Positions 54,697 through 63,264 of a DNA stretch of 64,000 nt are shown here, piece by piece (the stretch's first letter is position 1; each line of letters begins with the position of its first letter). The stretch covers positions 1,488 to 65,487 of the forward strand of contig JBBRLB010000011.1 in the NCBI GenBank assembly GCA_038231575.1, written 5' to 3'. The position numbers were made by a program, and so were the translations under genes. Origin of the DNA: Opitutales bacterium (GTDB lineage Bacteria > Verrucomicrobiota > Verrucomicrobiia > Opitutales > Opitutaceae). The notes below the pieces were generated by a model. That model did no database searches. It saw only the letters and a program-made list of their open reading frames with translations, and had not been told where the DNA came from.

Positions 54697-55608
54697 TCAG
54701 TTGCGGGGCAACTTGCGGAATTCTTCGCTGCGGCGGAGGCCGTTGCGGACATCGGCCTCGGTCCAGCCCTTGTGCTGCATGAGGTCGGTGTAGCTCTTGA
54801 GTCCATCCGGATCGGGATCGCGGCGCAGGATTTCGCGGTAGGCGCGAGTGACGGCGAGGGAGACCTGCTTGTCCGCGCCCTCGCGGCTGCGCCGGAGATC
54901 CTCGCGCATTTCGTTTTCGGTCATGCCCCGGCTGAGGCTGCGCTTGTAGGCGGCGATGCCAGAGGCGTCGGGCTCGCGTCCGAGGACGTCGTGATACACC
55001 CGTCGAATGACCGCATCCAGATCGCGATTCTTAAACTCGTCGCTCCGGCGCAGTTGATCGCGGAGCTGATCTTCATTCCAACCCCCCTCGATCAGCCGGC
55101 TCAGGTAAAGCCGCAGACCCGGGCCATCGGCGTCGCGGCTGAGGATGTCACGATAGGCCGCGCGCACCACGCGCTCGGCGTCGCGGCGATCCCAGCGGGC
55201 AAAGACCACGGCGCCGTGCCCGACGGTCTGCACTTGGACCGCGGAAACGTTGCGACTCCACGTCTCGCGGGGATCATGGCCGAGGGCGAAGGCGCCGAGG
55301 TCGGGCACGTCGCCGTTGATCCAGATGTTGGCGCCGCGAAATTCGGAATTCTGAAACGCGAGCACGCGCACCGGCCCCTCGAGTTGCACGGAGCGCACGC
55401 GATCGTTGAAGGGCTGGCCGCGCGAATCGCGGAGCGACGCGAGATTGTTCACTTCCCTGCCGGCATCGACGACGAAGACTTCGCCGCGAAATCCGGGCTC
55501 GGTGTAGAAATAAGCGCGGCCGGGCTCGGAATGGGACAGGGGTGGTTGCGCGGACAACACCGTCGCGACGGCGGCGAGCAGCAGCAGCGGAAGGTAACGG
55601 GGAAGCAT
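54697..55608 (-). CDS. Secreted protein: beta/gamma-crystallin-like domain plus three DUF4214-type repeats
   Basis: Signal peptide. Greek-key signatures YTEPGFRG and FQNSEFRG. Three repeats of the Y(R/H)D(I/V)L.R..D..G...Y type. Confidence 0.75.
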   Translation of the reverse strand: MLPRYLPLLLLAAVATVLSAQPPLSHSEPGRAYFYTEPGFRGEVFVVDAGREVNNLASLRDSRGQPFNDRVRSVQLEGPVRVLAFQNSEFRGANIWINGDVPDLGAFALGHDPRETWSRNVSAVQVQTVGHGAVVFARWDRRDAERVVRAAYRDILSRDADGPGLRLYLSRLIEGGWNEDQLRDQLRRSDEFKNRDLDAVIRRVYHDVLGREPDASGIAAYKRSLSRGMTENEMREDLRRSREGADKQVSLAVTRAYREILRRDPDPDGLKSYTDLMQHKGWTEADVRNGLRRSEEFRKLPRN

Positions 55609-55643
55609 GGTGGGAAATGCGACCGCGGCAGGGCGAAAAAGTT

Positions 55644-56468
55644 TCAGCGGGCGAAGAAGGGATTGTGCTGCTTCTCCTGCGCGAGGGTCGTGAGCGGGCC
55701 GTGGCCGCAGGCCAGCACGGTGTCGCGCGGCAGCGTGAAAATCTTCTTCTGGTTGTTCTGGAACTGTTCGGCGAAATGCGTGGCGCTGCCGCCCATCGAG
55801 CTGGAAAAAACGGCGTCGCCGACGACTGCGAGCGGCCAGCTCAAACCGTTCATGAAATACGTCGTGCCACCCGGCGAATGTCCCGAGGTGAGCAGCGTCT
55901 TGATCGAGATCGGGCCGAGATGGAAGTGGGCGTTTTCCTTGAACGTTTTCGCCCCGGCAATCGGCGCCGGCTCGATCTCATGCGCCCAGACCTCGGCTTT
56001 CGTCTCCGCGACGAACCGCGCGAGATCAGCGACGTGATCTTCGTGGGTGTGGGTGAGGAAGATATATTGGAGCTTCAGCTTCTCGGCGCGGAGGAGATCC
56101 TGCATCGGCTCGCTGGTCGCGCCGGTATCGAAGGCGGCGGCGATCTTGTTGCGCGCATCCCAGATGAGATAGCTGTTCACCGTCATGTCCTCGTAGCGCG
56201 TGTTGAACGCCGCGAAGCCCGCCGGAAAAATTGCCTGCTGGGGATACCAGCGCTTGTGCGCCAGGGCCTCGAGCGCGTCGGCCGAGAGCCGCAGGTGCCG
56301 CGCAACGCGGCGGATTGCCGCATCGATCGGCTGGCCGGATTTGATCGCCGCGAGATCCTCGGCGGACACCTCGGCGCGCTGCGCGAGATCGGCGTCGGCG
56401 ATTTTCAGACCGCGTTGGGCCTTGTTGATGACGTCGTCAAAATTGTCTTCCAGCGGGATGCGGGCCAT
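55644..56468 (-). CDS. MBL-fold metallo-hydrolase with a short N-terminal helical extension
   Basis: THTHEDH metal motif ... GHSPGG ... GHG. ATG at 56468; the track start at 56921 is a shadow extension. Confidence 0.82.
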   Translation of the reverse strand: MARIPLEDNFDDVINKAQRGLKIADADLAQRAEVSAEDLAAIKSGQPIDAAIRRVARHLRLSADALEALAHKRWYPQQAIFPAGFAAFNTRYEDMTVNSYLIWDARNKIAAAFDTGATSEPMQDLLRAEKLKLQYIFLTHTHEDHVADLARFVAETKAEVWAHEIEPAPIAGAKTFKENAHFHLGPISIKTLLTSGHSPGGTTYFMNGLSWPLAVVGDAVFSSSMGGSATHFAEQFQNNQKKIFTLPRDTVLACGHGPLTTLAQEKQHNPFFAR

Positions 56469-56553
56469 GGGGAGCAGCTTTAGCGGGGTGGACGGTGGCG
56501 CCGAGATAAAACTGGAGTTCGGCGCCGCGCCGCGGCTAGCGTGCGCGGCTGTC

Positions 56554-56943
56554 ATGCTCGCCCACGGCATCCTCAACCCCCACCTCCTGTCGCTCCTCGC
56601 GCGCGCGCGCCACACCAACACGATCGTGATCGCCGACCGGGGGTTTCCGTCGTGGCCCGGCCTCGAAACGATCGATCTTTCGCTGGTGGACGGGGTGCCA
56701 ACGGTGCTGCAGGTGCTAAAGGCGGTGCGGAAAAATTTCCTCGTGACCGAGGCGTTCATGGCGGCGGAGTTCGCCGGGGCGAACGCGCCTGCGACCCGCC
56801 AAGCGTTCGCCGCCGGACTGCGTGGCGTGCCGCTCACGCGCGAGCCGCACGTGGATTTCAAGCGACGCGTGCCCGGGGCCCTCGGGCTCATCCGCACCGG
56901 CGACACGGTGCAATACGCCAACCTGATCCTCGTGTCGGGTTGA
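56554..56943 (+). CDS. RbsD/FucU-family sugar mutarotase/pyranase
   Basis: [28 protein letters not shown] ... YANLILVSG. Confidence 0.8.
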   Translation: MLAHGILNPHLLSLLARARHTNTIVIADRGFPSWPGLETIDLSLVDGVPTVLQVLKAVRKNFLVTEAFMAAEFAGANAPATRQAFAAGLRGVPLTREPHVDFKRRVPGALGLIRTGDTVQYANLILVSG

Positions 56944-57016
56944 TCGCGCGGGCGCGGACGCTGACAAGATTTGCGATTGCCAGTGGCGTTGGCGCGGCGC
57001 TTCTTCTCCCTTTCTC

Positions 57017-57808
57017 ATGAGCACCTCCTCCGATTATCTCTCAGCGTTGTTCAACCTCAGCGGCAAGGTCGCGGTCGTCATCGGTGGGACCGGCGAACTT
57101 TGCGGCGCGATGGCCGAGGGCCTGGCCGGCGCGGGCGCCGAGGTGGTGCTCGTCGGCCGTAACGAGGAAAAAGCGAAGCCGCGCCTGGAACGCATCGCGG
57201 CCGCCGGCGGCAAGGGCTATTTCGTCTCCGCCGAAGCGAGCGAGAAGGCGGCGATCGAGCAATTGCTCGCCACGGTGCTCCAGCGTTCCGGCCGCGTGGA
57301 CATCCTCGTCAACGGCGCCGGCGTGAATTCCGCGACCCCGTATCTCGACATCCAGGAAGACGAGTTCGATCGCATCATGCGCATCAACGTGAAGGGCGTG
57401 TTCCTTGGCTGCCAGATTTTCGGCAAATACCTCGTCGAGCGCGGCGAGGGCGGCTCGATCATCAACCTTGGCTCCATGACCGGGCTGGTGCCGTTGTCGC
57501 GCGTGTTCACCTATTCAGCGAGCAAGGCCGCGGTGCACAATCTCTCGAAGAACCTCGCCCGCGAGTGGGCGACCAGGAAGGTGCGCGTCAATATCCTCGT
57601 GCCCGGCTTTTTCCCGGCGGAGCAAAACCGCAAGGTGCTCACCCCGGAGCGCGTGGCGTCGATTCTCGGCCACACGCCGGCGAAGCGTTTCGGGGAAGCG
57701 CGGGAATTGGTGGGCGCGACGCTGCTCCTCGCGAGTGACGGGGCGGGCAGCTTTATTACCGGCGCGGAAATCGTCGTGGACGGCGGCTACCACGCGATGA
57801 CGATCTAA
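57017..57808 (+). CDS. SDR-family oxidoreductase
   Basis: [18 protein letters not shown] ... NGAG ... [16 protein letters not shown] (YxxxK). Confidence 0.88.
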   Translation: MSTSSDYLSALFNLSGKVAVVIGGTGELCGAMAEGLAGAGAEVVLVGRNEEKAKPRLERIAAAGGKGYFVSAEASEKAAIEQLLATVLQRSGRVDILVNGAGVNSATPYLDIQEDEFDRIMRINVKGVFLGCQIFGKYLVERGEGGSIINLGSMTGLVPLSRVFTYSASKAAVHNLSKNLAREWATRKVRVNILVPGFFPAEQNRKVLTPERVASILGHTPAKRFGEARELVGATLLLASDGAGSFITGAEIVVDGGYHAMTI

Positions 57809-57886
57809 TATTGCCTGTAGAGTTGGCGGATAATCGCCAATGGGCGCTTGCTATAGAGCGGAGGTGATTGTAGCTAGGTCCTCCCT

Positions 57887-58267
57887 ATGATTACTCAAAA
57901 GATTAAAGAACTCGCAGCGGCCAAAGCAAAACTCGCAGGCCTCGAAAAAACCATCGCGGCGGAGTTGAACCAGGAACTGGCGGCGTTGCCTGCGCAGTTT
58001 GGGTTCACGGACGTGAAATCCTTTATCCAGGCGGTGAAAGCCGCCGCCGGTAGCAAGCGCGGCCCGAAAGCGAAAGCGGCCAAGCCCGCCAAGGGCGGCA
58101 AGAAGCGCCGCACGCGCGCCGTCATCACCGACGCCATGCGCGCGCAGGTGAAGAAGCTGGTCGAGGCCGGGAAGACCGGGGGCGAGATCGCGAAGGCCGT
58201 CGGCGTTTCCCTGCCGAGTGTGCACAACATCAAGAAGGCCCTCGGCCTCGTGAAGAAGAAGAAGTAA
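57887..58267 (+). CDS. Small basic protein: N-terminal coiled coil, Lys/Arg-rich linker, C-terminal helix-turn-helix
   Basis: ITQKIKELAAAKAKLAGLEKTIAAELNQEL ... SKRGPKAKAAKPAKGGKKRRTRA ... GGEIAKAVGVSLPSVHNIKK. Followed by a strong terminator. Confidence 0.7.
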   Translation: MITQKIKELAAAKAKLAGLEKTIAAELNQELAALPAQFGFTDVKSFIQAVKAAAGSKRGPKAKAAKPAKGGKKRRTRAVITDAMRAQVKKLVEAGKTGGEIAKAVGVSLPSVHNIKKALGLVKKKK

Positions 58268-58294
58268 GCGGAGATTTTTACCCGCGCACTTTCG

Positions 58295-58320
58295 GCCCCG
58301 TTTCGACGGGGCTTTTTTGT
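58295..58320 (+). terminator. Intrinsic terminator
   Basis: GCCCCG, loop TTTCGA, CGGGGC, then TTTTTTG. Confidence 0.85.
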
Positions 58321-58358
58321 TTGCGGGTGCCGCCGGCGATGGCGAAGAGTCGCGGTCC

Positions 58359-59273
58359 ATGTCCGCCGCATTCATCCAGGCCAACACCAACGGCCGCCTC
58401 CATCCCGCGACCGAGCCGTCGATTTCCCCGCTCAACCGCGGCTTCCTTTATGGCGACGCCATCTACGAAGTGTGGCGCACCTACCAGGGCGTGATTTTCA
58501 CGTGGGAGGAGCACTGGGCGCGGTTGTTCCGCTCGGCGAAGTCGCTCTATATGGATCTGCCGTTCACCCCCGCGCAGATGTTGCCGGAGATCCGGAAGAC
58601 GGTCGCGGCGTATCGCGAGAAAACGAGCGACGCGGGCGAACTTTATATTCGCATCCAGATCACGCGCGGCGCCGGCGCGATCGGGCTTGATCCTGCGCTC
58701 GCGGATCGGCCGGACTTTGTGTTGCTCGTGCAGGCATGCCCGACCATGGCCGACGAAAAAATCCGTGCGGGGATGAAGCTCTCGCTCGCGACCGGCCTCC
58801 GGCGCAATCCGATCGACGCGCTCAATCCGGCGTGGAAGACCGGCAACTATCTCAACAACGTGCTCTGCCTCCGGGAGGCGCGCGCGCGCGGCGCCGACGA
58901 GGTCGTGATGTTGAATCTCGCCGGTGAAGTGACCGAGTCGGCCGTGTCGAACATCGCCTTCATCAGCGGTGGCATCCTGATCACCCCGCCGCTCTCGGCG
59001 GGAATTCTCGGCGGCATCACGCGCGATCTCGTGCTCACGAAAATCGCTGCGACCGCGCAGGTGCCGGTGCGTGAGGCCGCGGTGAAGCCGGAGGAATTCG
59101 CGTCGATGGACGAGGGTTTCCTGCTGTCTTCCACCAAGGACATCGCGCCGATCGCCAGCATCGACGGCGTGAAGTTCAAAGTCGGCGCGGACACGATCGC
59201 GATGAAGCTGAAGGCGGCGTTTGCGGACTACATGACGTCCTACGCGGCTTCGCACCCGGAGCTGAAAGCATAG
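58359..59273 (+). CDS. Class IV aminotransferase (branched-chain amino acid / D-amino acid aminotransferase family)
   Basis: LNRGFLYGDAIYEVWRTY ... YIRIQITRG ... KTGNYLNNVLCLREARARGADEVVMLN ... GITR. Confidence 0.85.
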   Translation: MSAAFIQANTNGRLHPATEPSISPLNRGFLYGDAIYEVWRTYQGVIFTWEEHWARLFRSAKSLYMDLPFTPAQMLPEIRKTVAAYREKTSDAGELYIRIQITRGAGAIGLDPALADRPDFVLLVQACPTMADEKIRAGMKLSLATGLRRNPIDALNPAWKTGNYLNNVLCLREARARGADEVVMLNLAGEVTESAVSNIAFISGGILITPPLSAGILGGITRDLVLTKIAATAQVPVREAAVKPEEFASMDEGFLLSSTKDIAPIASIDGVKFKVGADTIAMKLKAAFADYMTSYAASHPELKA

Positions 59274-59277
59274 GTTT

Positions 59278-59342
59278 GTAGGCCCGGCCGTTGGCCGTGC
59301 ATCACGTTGATTTTTTCCAACCCGGCCCGCGGCCGGACCTAC
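59278..59342. repeat. About 65-nt imperfect palindrome between convergent genes
   Basis: GTAGGCCCGGCCGTTGG (59278-59295) against CCAACCCGGCCCGCGGCCGGACCTAC (59317-59342). A T6 run sits in the loop. Confidence 0.55.
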
Positions 59343-59343
59343 C

Positions 59344-60516
59344 TCAATACCGCTGCAGCGTCGGATCGATTTGATCGGTCCACGCGGCGATGCCGCCGCC
59401 GACATTGCTCACGGCGTTGAAGCCTTGGGCGCGGAGAAATTCTGTGACGCGCATGCTGCGGACGCCGGTGTGACACATGATCAAGAGATGCTCATGCCGC
59501 GGGAGATCGTGCATCTTCTCCGGGATTTGCCGCATCGGGATCAGCTCGGCGCCTGTGACGTGGCAGATTTCCGTTTCGTAGGGCTCGCGCACGTCGATGA
59601 GCAGCGCGGTGCGGGTTGCGGCGTCGAGCAGGCGTTTAGTTTCGGTGACGGAGATTTCGAGCGGATATTCAGTGGCGTCCATGGAAGGTGAGGGGAGCGG
59701 CTCGCACGCCGCGGCATAATTCTCCGCGCGCACGTCGGGAATCGTCGGTGACGCGCCGCAGAGCGGACAACGCGGATCCCGCGGCAGGGCGAGGGTCTGG
59801 AAACGCTGCGTGAGCGCGTCGTAAGTGAGTAACCGGCCGCGCAGCGGTTCGCCGGCGCCGGTGATTAATTTAATCACCTCGAGGGCTTGCAGGCTTCCGA
59901 TCACGCCGCACAGCGCTCCGAGCACGCCCGCCTCGCCGCAGCCCGGCACGCTTCCCGGCGCAGGTGGTTCCGGGAAAAGACAGCGATAGCAGGGACCGCC
60001 CTGGGCCGGATCGAAGACGGACACCTGACCTTCGAATTTAAACACGCTGCCGTAAACGAGCGGTTTCCTGGCGAAAAACGCCGCGTCGTTATTCAGGTAG
60101 CGCGACGCGAAGTTGTCCGTGCCGTCGACGATGAGGTCGTAGCCGCCAAACAGCGCGACCGCGTTGGCGGCGTTGACGCCATCGGCGTGCGGGACGACGC
60201 GGATGAACGGATTCGTCGCGCGCAGCCGCCGCGAGGCCGAGGCCACCTTGGGCTCGCCGACCGAGTCGTCGTCGTGGAGGAGCTGCCGCTGCAAATTGTG
60301 ATCGGCGACGCAATCGAAGTCGGCGATGCCGAGCGTGCCGACACCGGCGGCGGCGAGATAGAGCGCGGCGGGGCTGCCGAGTCCGCCGGCGCCGACGACG
60401 AGCACGCGGGCCGCCGCGAGCTTCGTCTGGCCCGCGACGCCCACCTCGCCGAGCAGGATGTGCCGGCTGTAGCGCGCCAGTTCGGCGGGCGAGAGTTTGG
60501 GCATCTGATCGGGCAT
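59344..60516 (-). CDS. moeB: MoeB/ThiF-family adenylyltransferase with a C-terminal rhodanese domain
   Basis: RYSRHILLGEVGVAGQTKL...VLVVGAGGLGSPAALYLAAAGVG. CYRC...CPLC zinc site. Rhodanese CHTGVRS. ATG at 60516. Confidence 0.88.
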   Translation of the reverse strand: MPDQMPKLSPAELARYSRHILLGEVGVAGQTKLAAARVLVVGAGGLGSPAALYLAAAGVGTLGIADFDCVADHNLQRQLLHDDDSVGEPKVASASRRLRATNPFIRVVPHADGVNAANAVALFGGYDLIVDGTDNFASRYLNNDAAFFARKPLVYGSVFKFEGQVSVFDPAQGGPCYRCLFPEPPAPGSVPGCGEAGVLGALCGVIGSLQALEVIKLITGAGEPLRGRLLTYDALTQRFQTLALPRDPRCPLCGASPTIPDVRAENYAAACEPLPSPSMDATEYPLEISVTETKRLLDAATRTALLIDVREPYETEICHVTGAELIPMRQIPEKMHDLPRHEHLLIMCHTGVRSMRVTEFLRAQGFNAVSNVGGGIAAWTDQIDPTLQRY

Positions 60517-60593
60517 CGTCGCGAAGGAGAGCCGGAACCCGGCGCGCCGCAAATGAAATTGCGCCCGCGCCACGCCGCCGCCGGAATCGCCGG

Positions 60594-61025
60594 ATGCGTT
60601 GCATCGGCATCGACCTTGGCACCCGCCGCATCGGCCTCGCGTTTGGCGACGAGCTTGGCGTGGCCACACCGCTGGCCGCACTCACCCAAGCCGACGCCGC
60701 GCAACGCTGGGCCGCGCTGCTGGCCATCGTGCGCGAGCGTCGCGCGACCGACCTGGTGATCGGTCATCCGCTCAACATGGACGACACCGTCGGTCCCAAG
60801 GCGAAAGAGGCCGAGGTGATCGCGGAAAAACTGCGCGTCGACCTTGGCCTGCCCGTGCACCTCATTGACGAACGGCTGACGAGCTATGAAGCCGAATCAA
60901 CGATCGCAAAATCGAAGCGGCGCGAAGTGCGGGCGAGCGGCATCATCGATTCGCGCGCGGCCACGTTGATTTTGCAGGACTACCTCGATCAGATCATGCC
61001 GGCGCCGGAAGCGGAAATGCCTTAA
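60594..61025 (+). CDS. ruvX: Holliday-junction resolvase-like / pre-16S rRNA nuclease RuvX (YqgF)
   Basis: MRCIGIDLGTRRIGLAFGD ... VIGHPLNMDDTVG ... IDERLTS. Confidence 0.9.
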   Translation: MRCIGIDLGTRRIGLAFGDELGVATPLAALTQADAAQRWAALLAIVRERRATDLVIGHPLNMDDTVGPKAKEAEVIAEKLRVDLGLPVHLIDERLTSYEAESTIAKSKRREVRASGIIDSRAATLILQDYLDQIMPAPEAEMP

Positions 61026-61678
61026 AGTTCGAAGGAGTGCGCGGCGGCGAATGTCGCCAGGTCGGCGTAAACCGGCGCGTCGCTCGCGCGCAATCGCGCC
61101 GCCGGATGGTGGCCGGCGGCGATGAGCGCGCACGCGACCCCCAGATGGCGGGCGACTTCGAGGTCGTGGAGCGTGTCGCCCACGAGGAGAATTTCGGCGG
61201 GCGGGAGGCCGAGCCGGCCGACGAGTTCACGCCCGAGCGCGAGTTTCGAGTGCGCGTGAATGTTATCGAGACCGGCAATGTGATCGAAGTGCGCCGTGAG
61301 TCCGAAGTGCGCGACGATCTCGTGGAGGGTTGCGTGGCGATAGGCGGAGAGGATCGACTGGCCGAGCCCGGCGGCGTGGACAGCCGCGAGCATCGCGGCG
61401 GTGTTGGCATGGAGCTTGGTTTCGAGGCGACGCGCATCGTAGCCCGAGATGAATTCCGCGCTAAGTTTTTCAAAACTATCGCGCGCCGGATCGAAGCCGA
61501 GCCGTTCATAGTAAGTGCGCACGGGAAAATCGAAGAGCGTGTGGTAGCGACCGCGATCGAGCAGGGGCAGGGCGCGACGGGCGAGCACGGCGTTCATCAC
61601 GTCGATGCTGAAATCCAGATCGTCGAGGAGCGTGCCGTTCCAATCCCAGATGATGTGGCGATAAGGAGCGCGGGACAT
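61022..61678 (-). CDS. HAD-superfamily hydrolase (phosphoglycolate phosphatase-like)
   Basis: IIWDWNGTLLDD (DxD-type motif I) ... LVGDTLHD. ATG at 61678. Confidence 0.82.
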   Translation of the reverse strand: MSRAPYRHIIWDWNGTLLDDLDFSIDVMNAVLARRALPLLDRGRYHTLFDFPVRTYYERLGFDPARDSFEKLSAEFISGYDARRLETKLHANTAAMLAAVHAAGLGQSILSAYRHATLHEIVAHFGLTAHFDHIAGLDNIHAHSKLALGRELVGRLGLPPAEILLVGDTLHDLEVARHLGVACALIAAGHHPAARLRASDAPVYADLATFAAAHSFEL

Positions 61679-61729
61679 ACCGAGAAAACACTTTGGACAG
61701 CGGCGTGCGGGCCACGCAATCTCCACCTG

Positions 61730-62491
61730 ATGTCCGTCGCCCCATCGCCTGCCGCCCGTCGCTGGAAATGTGTCTGCGCCTATGACGGCGCGGCGTTTTC
61801 GGGCTGGCAGTGCCAGGAGGACGGCAAAGGCATCCAGGACGTGATTCAGGCGCGGCTGGCGCAGATCCTCCAAGCCAAGGTGCGGATTGAGGCGAGCGGC
61901 CGCACCGATGCGGGCGTGCATGCGCGGGCGCAGGTGTTTCACTTCGACGCCGAGTGGCGGCATGGCACGGATAAGTTATGTGCGGCCCTGAGTTCCTGCC
62001 TGCCCGACGCGATCCAGATTATTTCGGTGCGGCCGGCGGCAGCAGATTTTCACGCACGCTTCAGCGCGAAGGGCAAACGCTACGTCTATCACCTTCACCT
62101 CGGCGACACAGACCCCTTCAAGCGGCCGTATTGCTGGATGCTCTTCCGGCCGATCGACCTCGTGGCGATGCGGGCGGCGGCGGCGTTGCTGGTAGGGAAG
62201 AAGGATTTTCGCGCCTTCAGCGCGTTCAACGGATTCGAGCGCGAAGATACCGTGCGCCACGTGCGCCGGCTCGACCTCGTGCGTCGTGGAAAAAATATCC
62301 GCGTGATCTGCGAGGGTGACGGCTTCCTCTACAAGATGGTGCGCAGCCTCGTGGGCGCGCTCGTGAAGGTCGGGGAGGGGCGCGCCTCGCTGGACGACGT
62401 CCGCGCGATCCTCGCGTCGCGGAAGCGCACCGAGGCCGTCTACACGGCGCCGCCGCAGGGCTTGTTTCTCGAAAGAGTTTTCTATCGATGA
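61730..62491 (+). CDS. truA: tRNA pseudouridine(38-40) synthase TruA
   Basis: YDGAAFSGWQCQ ... GRTDAGVHARAQV ... FLYKMVRSLVG. Confidence 0.9.
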   Translation: MSVAPSPAARRWKCVCAYDGAAFSGWQCQEDGKGIQDVIQARLAQILQAKVRIEASGRTDAGVHARAQVFHFDAEWRHGTDKLCAALSSCLPDAIQIISVRPAAADFHARFSAKGKRYVYHLHLGDTDPFKRPYCWMLFRPIDLVAMRAAAALLVGKKDFRAFSAFNGFEREDTVRHVRRLDLVRRGKNIRVICEGDGFLYKMVRSLVGALVKVGEGRASLDDVRAILASRKRTEAVYTAPPQGLFLERVFYR

Positions 62492-63252
62492 AAGCGGTGC
62501 TCGGGCAATGGGCGCGTGGGCTCAGCGATGCGGTGTTTCCGCCGGTGTGCGTGCATTGCCGCGGACTGATCGAGACGGTGGGCGCCGAGGCGACCGACGC
62601 CGCCCAGGAGGCGTTTCGGCACCTCTGCGTGAAGTGCGTCGCCCAGATCGATTTTGTGCAGGCGCCGCACTGCACGACCTGCGGGCATCCGTTTTATGGC
62701 GAGGTCGAGGGCGAGCGGATGTGTCCGCATTGCCAGGGGCTCGACCCGGCCTTTCGCGAGGGGCGGACCGCCGTGCTGTTCAAGGGCCCGGTGCGCGCGC
62801 TCGTGATCGAGCTCAAATACCATCACGGGCTGCACGTGCTCGAGGATGTGGAAAAGATTTTTCGCCGCGCGCCGCACGTGCTGGAATTCGCGCGCGGCGC
62901 CGTGCTCGTGCCGGTGCCGCTGCACCCGACCAAGGCGCGCCATCGCGGCTACAACCAGGCCGCCCTGATCGCTGCGGGGTTGGCCCGGGTGGTGGGCGGC
63001 GACACGCGCGTGGAGCCGTTGCTGCGTCGCAGCGCGAATACCGAAACGCAAACTGCTTTTGACCGACGCACCCGAATGGCGAATCTGAAAAATGCCTTTG
63101 CACTTGCCCGCGGCGCACACCTAAATCCCGACCAACATTACATCCTCGTTGATGACGTTTTCACGACCGGCTCCACGCTCAACAGTTGCGCCCGCACGCT
63201 CCGCCGGGCGGGGGCGCTGAAGCTCGACGTCCTTACCCTCGGCCACGGCTGA
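62488..63252 (+). CDS. comF: ComF-family phosphoribosyltransferase-like protein
   Basis: N-terminal Cys pairs (CVHCRG ... CTTCG ... CPHC). C-terminal PRTase motif ILVDDVFTTGST. Confidence 0.85.
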   Translation: MKAVLGQWARGLSDAVFPPVCVHCRGLIETVGAEATDAAQEAFRHLCVKCVAQIDFVQAPHCTTCGHPFYGEVEGERMCPHCQGLDPAFREGRTAVLFKGPVRALVIELKYHHGLHVLEDVEKIFRRAPHVLEFARGAVLVPVPLHPTKARHRGYNQAALIAAGLARVVGGDTRVEPLLRRSANTETQTAFDRRTRMANLKNAFALARGAHLNPDQHYILVDDVFTTGSTLNSCARTLRRAGALKLDVLTLGHG

Positions 63253-63264
63253 CCCCACTCCCGC

